Below, piece after piece: positions 42,136 through 54,320 of a DNA stretch of 64,000 bases. The notes below the pieces were generated by a model. That model saw only the letters and a program-made list of their open reading frames with translations. It made no database searches and was not told where the DNA came from. The stretch covers positions 47,974-111,973 of the forward strand of contig NZ_JBALEA010000089.1 of the NCBI RefSeq assembly GCF_036917135.1. The letters run 5' to 3'. The position numbers were made by a program, and so were the translations under genes. Each line of letters opens with the position of its first letter. Within the stretch, counting starts at the first letter, position 1. This DNA is from Nostoc sp. GTDB taxonomy: Bacteria > Cyanobacteriota > Cyanobacteriia > Cyanobacteriales > Nostocaceae.

Positions 42136-44190
42136 ATGGTAAAAATGCCAAATTTTTGCCAATCAGGGATTAGCGATCGCTCCGCCCACCGCAGGCATCG
42201 CAAGTTTTTTCGGGCTACTGTGTCACCAATACTTTTGACAGCCCTGTGTTTAATTACTACCTATCCTCTCAACGCCCAGGAGTCCCCGAAAACCACCAAT
42301 TTAATACCCACGTTAACCTCACAGTCACCTGCACCTCCTTTACCAGGTGTGGCATCCTCTGGTAATCAAATTTCCCTCAATGGACGTACTTTACCAGGAA
42401 CTTGGTTACAGCGACCTGGAAAATCTGGTCAAGTGACAACTAATCTTAGTGACGGGGCATTCAGACAATTAATTGGAATAAATTTCTTAAACAGTAGTAA
42501 TTGGGTGAGGCAACCGATACAGTGGTTTTCCTCGGTGACAACGCCACAAGTGTTAGCCGCCAGACTATTAGGAGCATATCGCTATTTGGATATTACTAAT
42601 TTTGCCCAAACATCTGGATGGCAAATCCAAGCCAATGGCAACACCTTAGTAATTGCTACCCCAAAAGCGCAAATCACAAATATTGTTCAGAGCCAGCAAC
42701 CTCCAGAGGCGAGTGCCCCTTTGCAACAGGCTCGCATTCTTGTAGATTTAGATCATCCAACACCCTGGCAAGTTGCACAAGGGTCAGCGATCGCCAAACC
42801 CCAAAGTTCATCCTCTGATCCAGATACGCCAACTCCCAAACCCACTACACCGCCAAATCGAGAGTGGACAGTTACCCTGGATGGAATCGCTGATCCTGTT
42901 TTGATCGAACGCTATACCCCCCAGCCACCAGCAGCACCACCAGCATTGCTGCCAAACCTGCTCAAACAATTATTACCAGCTACACCAACAGAACCAATAC
43001 CACCAGCCCCCCAAACACTGATTCAACAAGTGGAGGTGGTGAAAAACCAAACGATTATTCATCTGAGCGTTCCCTTTGGTCTATCGCCTCAAGTTAGCAC
43101 TGTAGATAATCCCAATCGCCTGATTATCGATATTCGACCCGATCCTCTAGAAGAGCGGGATATTACTTGGGCACCTGGATTGCGCTGGCGACAGCATTAT
43201 GTCAATTTAGGCACAGAACGCTTTCCGGTGGTCTGGTTAGAAGTTAATCCCCGCAAATTTGGGTTAACTTTGAAGCCGATGTGGGCTAGTCCTGATGGGC
43301 TTGCGGGTACTGCTCCCTTAATTCAAACAGCACAACGTTACTTAGCAGTAGCTGGGATTAATGGTGGTTATTTTAACCGCAATAATAGATTGCCATTGGG
43401 TGCGATTCGTCGGGATAATCAGTGGTTATCAGGCCCTATTTTAAATCGAGGTGCGATCGCTTGGAATGATTCAGGCCAATTTTACTTCGGTCGTCTCACC
43501 TTAGAAGAAACTTTAATCACAGCAAATAACCAGCGCTTACCGATTCTGTTTCTTAACAGTGGCTACATCCAAAGTGGTATTGCTCGTTACACCCCAGCTT
43601 GGGGATCAACTTATACGCCTCTGACGGATAACGAAATTATTCTAGTGGTAGAGAAAGACCAAATTACTGAACAGTTACCAGGTGGTAAAGTTGGTGGTAT
43701 TGTGGTTCCCATTCCCCAGGATGGCTACCTGCTAACCTTACGCGCCAACGCTATTAGTGCCGCCTCACAGCTACCTATTGGAAGCACGGTAAGTATTTCC
43801 AGCACCACTGCTCCCACTGATTTTAGTCGTTATCCCCACATTATCGGAGCGGGTCCACTATTAGTCCAAAACCGTCAAATTGTCCTTGATGCCAAAAGCG
43901 AAAAATTCAGCAATGCCTTTATTGCCGAAAAAGCTATTCGTAGCGGTATTTGCACAACGACAACAGGCACACTAATGATTACTGCCACACATAATCGTGT
44001 AGGGGGTTATGGGCCAAATTTGGCAGAACACGCCCAATTGATGCAACTCATGGGCTGTGTGGATGCCCTAAATTTGGATGGTGGTAGTTCAACCAGCCTT
44101 TACTTAGGAGGGCAACTACTCGACCGATTGCCTAGTACAGCAGCTCGTGTTCATAACGGAATTGGTATTTTCCTGCAACCACGAAAATGA
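42136..44190 (+). CDS. Phosphodiester glycosidase (NAGPA) domain protein, exported
   Basis: Signal-like N-terminus, GINGGYFN, GAGPLL, LNLDGGSST. Confidence 0.88.
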   Translation: MVKMPNFCQSGISDRSAHRRHRKFFRATVSPILLTALCLITTYPLNAQESPKTTNLIPTLTSQSPAPPLPGVASSGNQISLNGRTLPGTWLQRPGKSGQVTTNLSDGAFRQLIGINFLNSSNWVRQPIQWFSSVTTPQVLAARLLGAYRYLDITNFAQTSGWQIQANGNTLVIATPKAQITNIVQSQQPPEASAPLQQARILVDLDHPTPWQVAQGSAIAKPQSSSSDPDTPTPKPTTPPNREWTVTLDGIADPVLIERYTPQPPAAPPALLPNLLKQLLPATPTEPIPPAPQTLIQQVEVVKNQTIIHLSVPFGLSPQVSTVDNPNRLIIDIRPDPLEERDITWAPGLRWRQHYVNLGTERFPVVWLEVNPRKFGLTLKPMWASPDGLAGTAPLIQTAQRYLAVAGINGGYFNRNNRLPLGAIRRDNQWLSGPILNRGAIAWNDSGQFYFGRLTLEETLITANNQRLPILFLNSGYIQSGIARYTPAWGSTYTPLTDNEIILVVEKDQITEQLPGGKVGGIVVPIPQDGYLLTLRANAISAASQLPIGSTVSISSTTAPTDFSRYPHIIGAGPLLVQNRQIVLDAKSEKFSNAFIAEKAIRSGICTTTTGTLMITATHNRVGGYGPNLAEHAQLMQLMGCVDALNLDGGSSTSLYLGGQLLDRLPSTAARVHNGIGIFLQPRK

Positions 44191-44444
44191 GGTAATAGAA
44201 AAAAACTTAATCTCCAGCCCCCAGTCACTTTTTAAAGTTTAGAACAAGCTGTCATTTTGCTTGATGAAGAGTTGGTGTAGACATAGTATTTTTAGTAGTG
44301 ATGATTTACACCATAACGTCTGATTTTGCTATGTTTATCAAGGTGCAACACAATTGCTAATTTTCAAAGTTGCAAGATAGCGCCAAATTTTTTATCAATA
44401 GTTAAGAGTACCAACGGTTTGTTATGTCTCCAAATGAGGTAACT

Positions 44445-44864
44445 ATGGCTCGATATCAAGAAACTACACAGACTGAAACTCTACACCTGCCTCCAAACAT
44501 AACTTCCAGGGGCGTTGCTGCAACTGAATTGCGTCCTTGGGGTGCCTTTACAGTTTTGGAAGAAGGGCGCGGATACAAAATTAAGCGCATCGAAGTTAAG
44601 CCCGGACACCGCCTCAGTCTACAAATGCACCACCACCGCAGCGAACATTGGATTGTCGTATCTGGTACAGCTAGGGTAACTTGTGGTGAGCAAGAAGTAC
44701 TATTGAGCAATAACGAATCAACCTATGTACCCCAATGTACATCTCATCGTTTAGAGAATCCTGGCGTGATCCCCTTGGTATTGATTGAAGTGCAAAATGG
44801 CGAATACTTGGGCGAAGATGATATTATTCGCTACCAAGATGACTATGCCCGTACTAAGGATTAA
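44445..44864 (+). CDS. Stand-alone cupin, type II mannose-6-phosphate isomerase C-terminal domain
   Basis: RPWG, LSLQMHHHRSEHW, HRLENPG, YLGEDDI; GAGGT RBS before ATG 44445. Confidence 0.9.
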   Translation: MARYQETTQTETLHLPPNITSRGVAATELRPWGAFTVLEEGRGYKIKRIEVKPGHRLSLQMHHHRSEHWIVVSGTARVTCGEQEVLLSNNESTYVPQCTSHRLENPGVIPLVLIEVQNGEYLGEDDIIRYQDDYARTKD

Positions 44865-45119
44865 AACGAAAAGAACCATATTAAAGCTCTAAAGGCTTTA
44901 ATCGCAAAACCAAATGCATTTTTGTGCAAAGCGTCTTTGGGAAATATTGCACCCCAGAAGTCCCTACCTAGCTAAGGTGGGGACTGAAGCATATTAGTGT
45001 TATAAATGTAGTAATAGCGATCGCGCTCATGCCTTCGGTGATTTGGAATTTTGCACAAGCGAGGGTCAACCCATCTGTAAAATGAAAGATGGGGTATTCA
45101 ATTGCAAAAAACGAGTTCC

Positions 45120-45452
45120 ATGATTCATCTGAGTCAAGCAGCAGCAAGTGAGATTGGGCGAATAAAGTCCAAGCAGCAGCCAAATGTATTGTTTCGATTG
45201 GCAGTAAAACTAGGTGGCTGTTCCGGGTTATTTTATGATATGTCCTTCGATGAAGCAATAAAAGTTGGCGACCAGGTTTTCGATTTGGATGAGATTCAAG
45301 TAGTCATAGATGCCGCAAGCTTAAATTACCTCAACGGTTTGAGGGTGGATTATTCAGAAGACTTAATGGGTGGTGGTTTTCGCTTCCACAACCCCCAGGC
45401 GATCGCAACCTGTGGCTGTGGCAATTCCTTCTCTATAAGTATAAGTCATTGA
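45120..45452 (+). CDS. HesB/IscA family Fe-S assembly protein
   Basis: GGCSG and CGCGNSF motifs. Confidence 0.92.
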   Translation: MIHLSQAAASEIGRIKSKQQPNVLFRLAVKLGGCSGLFYDMSFDEAIKVGDQVFDLDEIQVVIDAASLNYLNGLRVDYSEDLMGGGFRFHNPQAIATCGCGNSFSISISH

Positions 45453-45555
45453 GCAAAAAACCATGAGAAATGACAATTGACATAAAGCCGTAAAAAAAGA
45501 TATAATTAGGATTTGTTAAAACTTAGACCATAAGCAGCTTTACGCGCTGTAACTC

Positions 45556-45939
45556 ATGCCAACAATACAGCAGCTAATACGAAATGAGCGCGAACAAGCG
45601 CGTCAGAAAACCAAGTCACCCGCTCTGAAGCAATGTCCCCAACGTCGGGGAGTTTGTACCAGAGTTTACACGACCACACCAAAAAAGCCTAACTCAGCCC
45701 TACGCAAAGTAGCAAGAGTCAGACTTACCTCTGGATTTGAAGTTACAGCTTACATTCCAGGCATTGGTCACAACTTACAAGAACACTCAGTTGTGATGAT
45801 TCGTGGCGGTCGGGTTAAGGATCTACCAGGCGTGAGATACCACATTATCCGTGGCACCCTAGATACAGCCGGAGTCAAAGATCGCAAACAAGGCCGTTCC
45901 AAGTATGGAACCAAGCGTCCTAAAGCAGCGAAAAAATAG
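45556..45939 (+). CDS. rpsL: 30S ribosomal protein S12
   Basis: [32 protein letters not shown]. Confidence 0.99.
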   Translation: MPTIQQLIRNEREQARQKTKSPALKQCPQRRGVCTRVYTTTPKKPNSALRKVARVRLTSGFEVTAYIPGIGHNLQEHSVVMIRGGRVKDLPGVRYHIIRGTLDTAGVKDRKQGRSKYGTKRPKAAKK

Positions 45940-46463
45940 GATCAGGCGATTAATCGCAGCCAACACGATTAATCGTCTACCTTAAAAGCGCTGCAAAAAA
46001 CCATCGCCGCCTGTGTTCTAACAGCAGTTATGTCTGTTTCAAAAAAATCAAGCAAGCTACACTAAGCGAGCAAGTGTAGAGGTTCTGAAGAGAAAGCTGT
46101 AACTAACAGCATAATTCTCATCTGGACATTAAAGTTTATAATCTTGTCGCCTTGAGTATTTAGTTGTAGGTAGCAAGTCAAACAATTTGAGATTTGAGAT
46201 TTGCGATTTTGGATTGGTCGAACCCAGAAGTGGATGAGGCTTAACAGATTTTTGATTTTTCTGACCCCTGTGGTCGAAATATATACCGAAAACTTTTAAT
46301 CCAAAATTAAAAATCCAAAATCAAAAATTGGCAGTCAATAAGTCAGCCTTGCTGCAACGGTCGAAAAAAATTGAGGAAGTCTGAGGGTTGGGTTCTACCA
46401 CTTTTAGTTTCCGGTGTCTGATAGCATATAATTTCGTTGCCAATTCCGAATTAAAGGTGAAGT

Positions 46464-46934
46464 ATGTCTCGTCGTGGTGTTATTCAAAGGCGCCCAGTTC
46501 CGTCTGACTCTGTATATAACAGTCGCCTTGTGAGCATGATTATCAGACGGATCATGCGTCATGGCAAGAAATCCCTTGCCGCACGGATTGTTTATGAAGC
46601 ATTAAAAACTATTGAGGAACGCACTGGTAACGGTGCTTTAGAAACCTTTGAAAGAGCAGTGCGAAATGCCACGCCTTTAGTAGAAGTAAAAGCTCGGCGA
46701 GTTGGTGGAGCAACCTACCAAGTACCAATGGAAGTGCGTACAGAACGGGGCACTACCCTAGCACTGCGTTGGTTAGTGCAATATTCCCGGTCTAGACCAG
46801 GCCGGACAATGGCAAGCAAATTGGCAAATGAGTTAATGGATGCTGCCAACGAAACTGGTAATGCCATTCGCAAACGCGAAGAAACGCACCGGATGGCGGA
46901 AGCTAACAAGGCATTTGCACACTATCGTTATTAA
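46464..46934 (+). CDS. rpsG: 30S ribosomal protein S7
   Basis: [24 protein letters not shown]. Confidence 0.99.
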   Translation: MSRRGVIQRRPVPSDSVYNSRLVSMIIRRIMRHGKKSLAARIVYEALKTIEERTGNGALETFERAVRNATPLVEVKARRVGGATYQVPMEVRTERGTTLALRWLVQYSRSRPGRTMASKLANELMDAANETGNAIRKREETHRMAEANKAFAHYRY

Positions 46935-47071
46935 GTAGAAAAGCGATATATCGCCTTGCCGAAGCGGTATATCGGGGATTTACAAAAAAAGACGGTTTTC
47001 CGTAAAAGTATAGAATCTTAACAAAGAGTAATATACAAGATATCATGAGGCAAAAACTATAGGAGGTAGCT

Positions 47072-49150
47072 GTGGCACGCACGATCCCGCTAGATAAAGT
47101 ACGCAACATTGGTATTGCGGCGCATATAGATGCGGGCAAAACAACAACAACAGAGAGAATATTATTTTACTCTGGGATAATTCATAAAATTGGCGAAGTT
47201 CATGAAGGAACTGCCGTCACAGACTGGATGGAGCAGGAGCGGGAGCGGGGAATTACCATTACTGCTGCTGCTATCAGTACCAGTTGGAAAGATCATCAAA
47301 TTAACATTATCGATACTCCAGGTCACGTAGACTTCACAATTGAAGTTGAGCGTTCCATGCGCGTGTTGGATGGTGTAATCGCCGTATTTTGTTCTGTGGG
47401 CGGCGTGCAACCGCAGTCTGAGACAGTGTGGCGTCAAGCAGAACGTTACAAAGTTCCTCGGATCGCCTTTATCAACAAGATGGATCGCACCGGAGCGAAC
47501 TTTTATAGAGTTCACGAGCAAATTCGCGATCGCCTGCGGGCAAATGCGATCGCTATTCAACTACCAATTGGTAGTGAGAACGACTTCCAAGGTATCGTTG
47601 ACCTAGTAGGACAACGTGCGTATATTTACGCTAATGACCAAGGAACCGATATCCAGGAAACAGATATCCCGGAAGAATTACAAGAGCAGGTAAAAGAATT
47701 CCGCACCAAGCTAATAGAAGCTGCGGCAGAAACCGATGATGCTCTGATGGCTAAGTACTTCGAGGGCGAAGAACTTACAGAACAGGAAGTTCGGACTGCC
47801 CTGCGTAAAGGCACAATTGCGGGGACAATTGTACCAGTACTTTGTGGTTCGGCATTCAAAAACAAAGGCGTGCAGTTGATGCTGGATGCAGTTGTCGATT
47901 ACCTGCCAGCGCCAAGTGAAGTACCGCCAATTCAAGGCTTACTACCCAATGGCGATGCTATTGAGCGGCGGGCTGATGACAACGAACCCCTAGCGGCTCT
48001 GGCATTCAAGATTATGGCTGACCCTTACGGTCGCCTGACATTTGTTCGTGTTTATTCTGGTGTCCTGAAAAAGGGCAGCTACGTTCTCAACGCTAGTAAG
48101 AATAAAAAAGAACGGATTTCCCGCTTAGTTCTCATGAAGGCAGATGATCGGCAAGATGTCGATGAGCTGCGAGCGGGTGATTTGGGAGCAGCTCTGGGAT
48201 TGAAAGATACCTTGACAGGTGACACCCTCTGTGATGATGCATCGCCAGTAATTCTGGAATCCCTATTCATTCCTGAACCTGTAATCTCGGTGGCGGTTGA
48301 ACCCAAAACCAAGAACGACATGGATAAACTATCCAAGGCTCTGCAATCTCTCTCAGAAGAAGACCCCACCTTCCGTGTCCGCGTCGATCCCGAAACAAAC
48401 CAAACCGTGATCGCGGGGATGGGAGAGCTACACCTAGAAATTCTAGTAGACCGGATGTTACGAGAATTCAAGGTGGAAGCGAATGTAGGTGCGCCGCAAG
48501 TAGCTTACCGAGAAACAATTCGGAAAGCTGTGAACAAAGTTGAGGGCAAATTCATCCGCCAGAGTGGTGGTAAAGGTCAATATGGTCACGTTGTGATCAA
48601 TTTGGAGCCTGGAGAACCCGGTACTGGCTTTGAATTCGTGTCCAAAATTGCCGGCGGTACAGTACCTAAAGAGTACGTTGGTCCTGCAGAACAAGGAATG
48701 AAAGAAAGCTGCGAATCCGGTGTACTAGCTGGGTATCCCTTAATTGACGTCAAAGCGACGCTAATTGATGGGTCATACCACGATGTAGACTCTTCGGAAA
48801 TGGCTTTCAAAATCGCTGGCTCAATGGCGATGAAAGAGGCTGTGCTGAAAGCTTCACCCGTCCTCTTAGAGCCTATGATGAAAGTTGAAGTTGAAGTTCC
48901 TGAAGACTATATCGGGAACGTCATTGGCGACCTCATCTCCCGCCGAGGGCAGATTGAAAGCCAAAGCACTGAACAGGGAATCGCTAAGGTCGCATCCAAA
49001 GTTCCACTAGCGACCATGTTTGGCTACGCCACTGATATCCGTTCAAAAACGCAAGGTCGGGGTATCTTCACTATGGAGTTCAGCCACTACGAAGAGGTGC
49101 CTCGCAGCGTAGCTGAAACTATCATTGCAAAAAGCAAAGGGAACGCTTAG
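47072..49150 (+). CDS. fusA: Elongation factor G
   Basis: [23 protein letters not shown]. Confidence 0.99.
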   Translation: MARTIPLDKVRNIGIAAHIDAGKTTTTERILFYSGIIHKIGEVHEGTAVTDWMEQERERGITITAAAISTSWKDHQINIIDTPGHVDFTIEVERSMRVLDGVIAVFCSVGGVQPQSETVWRQAERYKVPRIAFINKMDRTGANFYRVHEQIRDRLRANAIAIQLPIGSENDFQGIVDLVGQRAYIYANDQGTDIQETDIPEELQEQVKEFRTKLIEAAAETDDALMAKYFEGEELTEQEVRTALRKGTIAGTIVPVLCGSAFKNKGVQLMLDAVVDYLPAPSEVPPIQGLLPNGDAIERRADDNEPLAALAFKIMADPYGRLTFVRVYSGVLKKGSYVLNASKNKKERISRLVLMKADDRQDVDELRAGDLGAALGLKDTLTGDTLCDDASPVILESLFIPEPVISVAVEPKTKNDMDKLSKALQSLSEEDPTFRVRVDPETNQTVIAGMGELHLEILVDRMLREFKVEANVGAPQVAYRETIRKAVNKVEGKFIRQSGGKGQYGHVVINLEPGEPGTGFEFVSKIAGGTVPKEYVGPAEQGMKESCESGVLAGYPLIDVKATLIDGSYHDVDSSEMAFKIAGSMAMKEAVLKASPVLLEPMMKVEVEVPEDYIGNVIGDLISRRGQIESQSTEQGIAKVASKVPLATMFGYATDIRSKTQGRGIFTMEFSHYEEVPRSVAETIIAKSKGNA

Positions 49151-49173
49151 TTAAAATAAGGAAATGAGCATTC

Positions 49174-50403
49174 ATGGCACGCGCAAAGTTTGAAAGGAAT
49201 AAACCCCACATTAATATCGGTACAGTTGGCCACGTTGACCACGGTAAAACTACCTTGACAGCAGCCATCACCATGACCTTGGCAGCTATGGGTCAAGCTG
49301 TAGCTAAGGGCTACGACCAAATTGATAATGCTCCAGAAGAAAAGGCACGGGGTATTACCATCAATACCGCTCACGTAGAGTATGAAACCGAAAGTCGGCA
49401 CTATGCTCACGTAGACTGTCCAGGACACGCTGACTATGTGAAGAACATGATCACCGGTGCTGCCCAGATGGACGGAGGAATCCTTGTAGTAGCTGCTACC
49501 GATGGACCTATGCCCCAAACCCGCGAACACATTCTGTTGGCAAAACAGGTAGGCGTTCCCAGTCTGGTTGTCTTCTTGAACAAAGAAGACTTGATGGATG
49601 ACCCAGAACTCCTGGAACTAGTGGAACTAGAACTTAGAGAACTGTTAAGCAGCTACGATTTTCCTGGTGACGACATCCCCATCGTCAAAGGCTCTGGTCT
49701 GCAAGCTCTAGAAGCAATGACCAAGAATCCCAAGACCAAACGCGGTGAAAATCCCTGGGTAGACAAAATCTATGAACTGATGGATGCTGTAGATTCTTAC
49801 ATCCCCACTCCTGAGCGGGATGTTGATAAACCCTTCCTGATGGCTGTAGAAGACGTGTTCTCAATTACAGGTCGTGGTACTGTCGCCACTGGTCGGATTG
49901 AGCGGGGTATTGTCAAAGTTGGCGATAACGTTGAACTAGTGGGTATCAGAGATACTAAAGCCACTACCGTAACTGGTATTGAAATGTTCAAGAAGAGTCT
50001 TGACCAAGGTATGGCTGGAGATAACGCCGGTGTACTACTCCGGGGTATCCAGAAGGCTGATATTGAACGGGGTATGGTAATTGCCAAACCAAATTCAATT
50101 AAACCTCACCTGGAATTTGAAGGTGAAGTATACGTCCTAACAGAAAAAGAAGGTGGTCGCAAGACTCCATTTTTCGCTGGCTACCGTCCCCAGTTCTATG
50201 TACGGACAACCGATGTAACTGGTACCATCAAAGCCTATACCTCTGATGAAGGTAAAGAAGTAGAAATGGTAATGCCAGGCGATCGCATCAAGATGACAGT
50301 TGAATTGATCAACGCGATCGCTATTGAACAAGGAATGCGCTTCGCTATCCGCGAAGGTGGCCGCACCATCGGTGCTGGTGTCGTCTCCAAAATTATCAAG
50401 TAG
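49174..50403 (+). CDS. tuf: Elongation factor Tu
   Basis: [30 protein letters not shown]. Confidence 0.99.
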   Translation: MARAKFERNKPHINIGTVGHVDHGKTTLTAAITMTLAAMGQAVAKGYDQIDNAPEEKARGITINTAHVEYETESRHYAHVDCPGHADYVKNMITGAAQMDGGILVVAATDGPMPQTREHILLAKQVGVPSLVVFLNKEDLMDDPELLELVELELRELLSSYDFPGDDIPIVKGSGLQALEAMTKNPKTKRGENPWVDKIYELMDAVDSYIPTPERDVDKPFLMAVEDVFSITGRGTVATGRIERGIVKVGDNVELVGIRDTKATTVTGIEMFKKSLDQGMAGDNAGVLLRGIQKADIERGMVIAKPNSIKPHLEFEGEVYVLTEKEGGRKTPFFAGYRPQFYVRTTDVTGTIKAYTSDEGKEVEMVMPGDRIKMTVELINAIAIEQGMRFAIREGGRTIGAGVVSKIIK

Positions 50404-50421
50404 CACCTTTTCGCTCATAAC

Positions 50422-50459
50422 AAAGGAGCAGAGATGGTATAATTCCTCTCTGCTCCTTT
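50422..50459 (+). terminator. Strong hairpin between tuf and rpsJ
   Basis: Stem aaaggagcagag / ctctgctccttt. Confidence 0.65.
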
Positions 50460-50582
50460 CTCTTCCCTCTATAAATAAGGTAATAGGTTACAGGGGACAG
50501 TTGAGAGTTTTCTGTAACCTTTACCCTGTAACCTTTAACCTGTAAATACTCCCCTAATTACGCAGAACCTGGAAAATTAAAG

Positions 50583-50900
50583 ATGGCAACTCTACAGCAG
50601 CAAAAGATTAGAATTCGCTTACAAGCCTTTGACAGACGCTTATTAGATACATCTTGCGAGAAGATTGTAGACACAGCTAACCGCACCAACGCTACAGCTA
50701 TAGGCCCAATTCCTTTACCAACAAAACGCCGGATCTATTGTGTGCTGCGATCGCCTCACGTAGATAAAGATTCACGGGAACACTTTGAAACCCGTACTCA
50801 TCGCCGGATTATTGACATTTACCAGCCCTCTTCTAAGACTATAGATGCCTTGATGAAATTGGATCTACCATCGGGTGTAGATATTGAAGTCAAACTTTAA
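50583..50900 (+). CDS. rpsJ: 30S ribosomal protein S10
   Basis: [31 protein letters not shown]. Confidence 0.99.
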   Translation: MATLQQQKIRIRLQAFDRRLLDTSCEKIVDTANRTNATAIGPIPLPTKRRIYCVLRSPHVDKDSREHFETRTHRRIIDIYQPSSKTIDALMKLDLPSGVDIEVKL

Positions 50901-50967
50901 TTAGTTATTAGTCATTCGTCATTAGCAAAGGATAAATGACAAATGACGTTAGTATGAATATTTACAT

Positions 50968-51000
50968 AGCCCTGAAGAAATATATCTCAGGGCTTTTATT
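50968..51000 (+). terminator. Intrinsic terminator after rpsJ
   Basis: agccctga ... tcagggct followed by tttatt. Confidence 0.7.
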
Positions 51001-51090
51001 TAGCTAGTAAACAAATGATAGAATGTAGGGAAAGTGCGGGAAAAGCAGAGAAAAAGAAATTTTAAAGATTAAGTTTATACCAAAGTAACA

Positions 51091-51738
51091 ATGACATCAT
51101 CTTCTAAAATTGCAGTTCGTGAACTACCTCTGTTCCCGTTACCCGAAGTAGTTCTGTTTCCTACCAGGCCATTACCCCTGCACATCTTTGAATTTCGCTA
51201 CCGAATCATGATGAACACGATTTTGGAGAGCGATCGCAGGTTCGGTGTTTTGATGTTCGATCCAGTCAAAGGTACAATTGCAAACACTGGTTGCTGTGCC
51301 GAAATCATTCATCATCAAAGGCTGCCAGATGATCGGATCAAGATGATGAGTTTAGGGCAGCAAAGATTTCGTGTATTAGAGTATGTTCGTGAAAAGCCAT
51401 ACCGCGTTGGCTTAGTGGAGTGGATAGAAGACCAACCACCAACTAAAGATTTACGACCTTTATCAACTGAAGTAGAACAGCTACTGCGAGATGTTGTGCG
51501 TCTGTCAGCTAAATTAACCGAACAAAATATCGAATTGCCAGAAGATTTGCCTGATCTACCAACAGAGTTATCTTATTGGGTAGCTAGTAATCTTTATGGT
51601 GTCGCCGCAGAGCAGCAATTATTGCTAGAAATGCAAGATACTGTAACTCGTCTAGAGCGGGAAGCAGAAATTTTAACTTCTACTCGGAATCACTTGGCAG
51701 CTCGCGCTGTTCTCAAAGACACATTTAGTGAAAAGTGA
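51091..51738 (+). CDS. LON peptidase N-terminal (substrate-binding) domain protein
   Basis: LPLFPLPEVVLFP, LHIFEFRYR, GQQRFRV. Confidence 0.92.
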   Translation: MTSSSKIAVRELPLFPLPEVVLFPTRPLPLHIFEFRYRIMMNTILESDRRFGVLMFDPVKGTIANTGCCAEIIHHQRLPDDRIKMMSLGQQRFRVLEYVREKPYRVGLVEWIEDQPPTKDLRPLSTEVEQLLRDVVRLSAKLTEQNIELPEDLPDLPTELSYWVASNLYGVAAEQQLLLEMQDTVTRLEREAEILTSTRNHLAARAVLKDTFSEK

Positions 51739-51860
51739 GGAGTTGGGAGTTAAAATTATGAGGAGTGAGAAGTTAGGAAAAAATAACAAAAAATAAAACA
51801 TTGACAACTTATAATTGATATCCCCTAACTGATAACTTATAACTCTTAAATCCTAACTTC

Positions 51861-52742
51861 TCAAGTAACAGCGCTAATCGGCAAAACATTGTAAGCGCCA
51901 AGAATTTTTAAAATTTCTGTGTGGATAGTTAACTCTGCTAAAGCAGATTGCATTTGTGCTTCGTTGGCATCTGCTTCTAAATCCATGAAAAATAAATATT
52001 CGCCTAGCGATCGCTTCGTCGGACGAGATTCAATCCGGCTGAGGTTAATCCCTCGTTGAGCAAATATTTGCAAAGGTTTGACTAATGCTCCAGGTGTGTT
52101 AGCAGGCATACTAAAAGCCAAGGATGTATGACTGGTAGGCACTTTTGATGTCTGGTATCCAGCCTTCATTTCACCCTGACTTACTACCCAAAAACGAGTA
52201 AAGTTTTCTGGATTGTCGTTGATACCACTAGCAAGTATCGGCAAGTTGTATAATTGAGCAGCTCTACTAGAAGCGATCGCTGCTGCTGTTGTTTCTTGCT
52301 CTAATCCCTGTAGTGCCTCGGTTGTTGAATTGCTGGGAATAATTTGTACAGTTGGGAGAAACCGCTCTAACCATCCCTGACATTGTGCCAAAGCTTGTGG
52401 GTGAGAATAAATAGTTTTAATGCTATCTAAATTAGGCGCACAAGAAATTAATGTATGGGCAATAGGTAATACTAAAGCCAACTGAATTCGCAAACTGTCC
52501 AACTGCCAAAGTGTATCCAGTGTTGTGGTGACACTCCCTTCAATAGAATTTTCCACTGGCACAACAGCGAAGTGGGCATGACCATCGGCAACCGCATGCA
52601 GTGATTGGGATATGGTGGGATAGGGGCATAAGCATAATGTAGCTTCAACTCCCATACTTGTGCCCAGCCAGTTGATATAAAAAGCAGCTGCTTGTTCCGT
52701 GTAAGTGCCGGGTGGACCTAAATGTGCGATCAATATAGTCAT
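51861..52742 (-). CDS. pheA: Prephenate dehydratase
   Basis: LGPPGTY, PVENSIEGSV, SHPQALAQC, NFTRF, IESRP. Confidence 0.96.
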   Translation of the reverse strand: MTILIAHLGPPGTYTEQAAAFYINWLGTSMGVEATLCLCPYPTISQSLHAVADGHAHFAVVPVENSIEGSVTTTLDTLWQLDSLRIQLALVLPIAHTLISCAPNLDSIKTIYSHPQALAQCQGWLERFLPTVQIIPSNSTTEALQGLEQETTAAAIASSRAAQLYNLPILASGINDNPENFTRFWVVSQGEMKAGYQTSKVPTSHTSLAFSMPANTPGALVKPLQIFAQRGINLSRIESRPTKRSLGEYLFFMDLEADANEAQMQSALAELTIHTEILKILGAYNVLPISAVT

Positions 52743-53059
52743 GCCTTTAACCTTGAGTTGATAGTTTCACTGTCAAATTTCTGGGCAACTTTTTCATTAA
52801 ATCCCTCTGAAGATTTAAGATAAACTATATTAGTTTCTACAATTTTTCCTGCATATTTATAGCGTTTTGTCAAGGCTTAATTTTTAATCTAGACTTTCTG
52901 AAAGTGAAGATAATAACGAGCGTAACAACTTTTTGCTAATAATGTATAGCTAATAAGCAACTATAATTTTCATAGTGAATAAACTATATACTTTTCTGTA
53001 ATTAGATATAACTTGTTAAAAAATATTAAAATTAAGAAGAAAGATACTTTTACCCGCTC

Positions 53060-53647
53060 ATGGCTACCCGGTTCACTGCCTCCCAATCGGTTGAAATAGC
53101 TGTTCCAGAGCAGCCTATTCCCATTCAGCAATACTTGCGTCAGCCTCAACGTCTGGTTAAGGCTTTGGTTGACAATAGCCGGATTCAGCAGCTTTCTGAG
53201 GAAGTATTTCGCTTGAAAATGCGTCCGCTAACTTTTATGTCACTAAGTATTCAACCTACTGTGGATATGAGAGTCTGGGCAGAATCAAATGGAATAATTT
53301 ATTTGCGATCGCTAGGCTGTGAAATCTTGGGTTTCGAGTATATTAACCAGCGCTTTGCTCTCAATTTAAAAGGGTATTTGTCTCCGAAAGAGTTTAGCAC
53401 TGGCACTCGCCTGCAAGGAAGGGCTGATTTAGAAGTGCTGGTGGATTTCCCCCCGCCATTTTCCTTCACTCCTAAGCCAATTTTAGAAGCTACTGGCAAT
53501 GGTTTGCTCAAAAGCGTACTGTTGTCAGTTAAACAAAGGTTATTAAATCAACTTTTGGCGGATTATCGCTACTGGGTGATATCACAAACCAAAGATAGAG
53601 GACTTGACGGTGATAGTACTGAATTACCAATCTTGAATGCTGAGTAA
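53060..53647 (+). CDS. DUF1997 family protein
   Basis: Recognised cyanobacterial family pattern (YLRQPQRLV, EATGNGLL). Confidence 0.8.
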   Translation: MATRFTASQSVEIAVPEQPIPIQQYLRQPQRLVKALVDNSRIQQLSEEVFRLKMRPLTFMSLSIQPTVDMRVWAESNGIIYLRSLGCEILGFEYINQRFALNLKGYLSPKEFSTGTRLQGRADLEVLVDFPPPFSFTPKPILEATGNGLLKSVLLSVKQRLLNQLLADYRYWVISQTKDRGLDGDSTELPILNAE

Positions 53648-53655
53648 TTATTTCA

Positions 53656-54312
53656 TCAGTCAGCATTTGGTAGTTTGATTTGGCAAGGACGAAAAGACTG
53701 ACGATGCAGGGGCGAAGACCCGTATTGTTGCAAAGCCAGCAAATGGCGCTGGCTACCATAACCCTTGTTACACTCCAGGTTGTACATAGGGTATTTTAAT
53801 GCTAGACGCATTACTAGATCGTCACGCCAAACCTTAGCAACAATACTAGCAGAGGCAATAGCGAGTGATCGCTCGTCTCCTTTGACTATTGTATGTTGTG
53901 GCAATAGCAAATCTTTGATTAACTGATTGCCATCAATCAAACAGAGGGCAGGCTGTACCTTTAACTTCAGCACAGCCCGCTTCATTGCTAACAGCGTCGC
54001 TTGCAAAATATTTATCTTGTCAATTTCAGCAGTGGAAGCAAACCCAATTTTCCAGTCTATAGCTAGCTCACAAATTTGCTGTGCTAGCTGAGTTCTACGA
54101 GAACTAGACAACTTTTTACTGTCTTTAATTTTAGCTGCCATCAGTATTGGCAAAGCGTGATCTGGTAGGATCACTGCTGCCGCCACCACAGGACCAAATA
54201 AAGCACCTCGCCCGACTTCATCTACACCTGCAAGCAACCCTGGAATCCCTGAGAAGGTAGAAAACTCTAGCCAACTAGATTGTTCCAAGGATGCCGGCGA
54301 TGTTTCTACCAT
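53656..54312 (-). CDS. rnhB: Ribonuclease HII
   Basis: AGVDEVGRGALFGPV, DSKKL, IDGN, SIVAKVWRD, KGYG. Confidence 0.96.
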   Translation of the reverse strand: MVETSPASLEQSSWLEFSTFSGIPGLLAGVDEVGRGALFGPVVAAAVILPDHALPILMAAKIKDSKKLSSSRRTQLAQQICELAIDWKIGFASTAEIDKINILQATLLAMKRAVLKLKVQPALCLIDGNQLIKDLLLPQHTIVKGDERSLAIASASIVAKVWRDDLVMRLALKYPMYNLECNKGYGSQRHLLALQQYGSSPLHRQSFRPCQIKLPNAD

Positions 54313-54320
54313 AAAGGAAA

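Noticed and set aside
44968-45258. Minus-strand 96-aa ORF and the many other 60-155 aa ORFs overlapping real genes (e.g. 29515-29982, 58532-58999, 47162-47560)
   Set aside because: Antisense or alternate-frame shadows of well-supported genes, with no motifs.
52630-52650. 6-bp duplication (LCLC) near the PheA N-terminus
   Set aside because: In frame and trivial; no evidence of functional effect.
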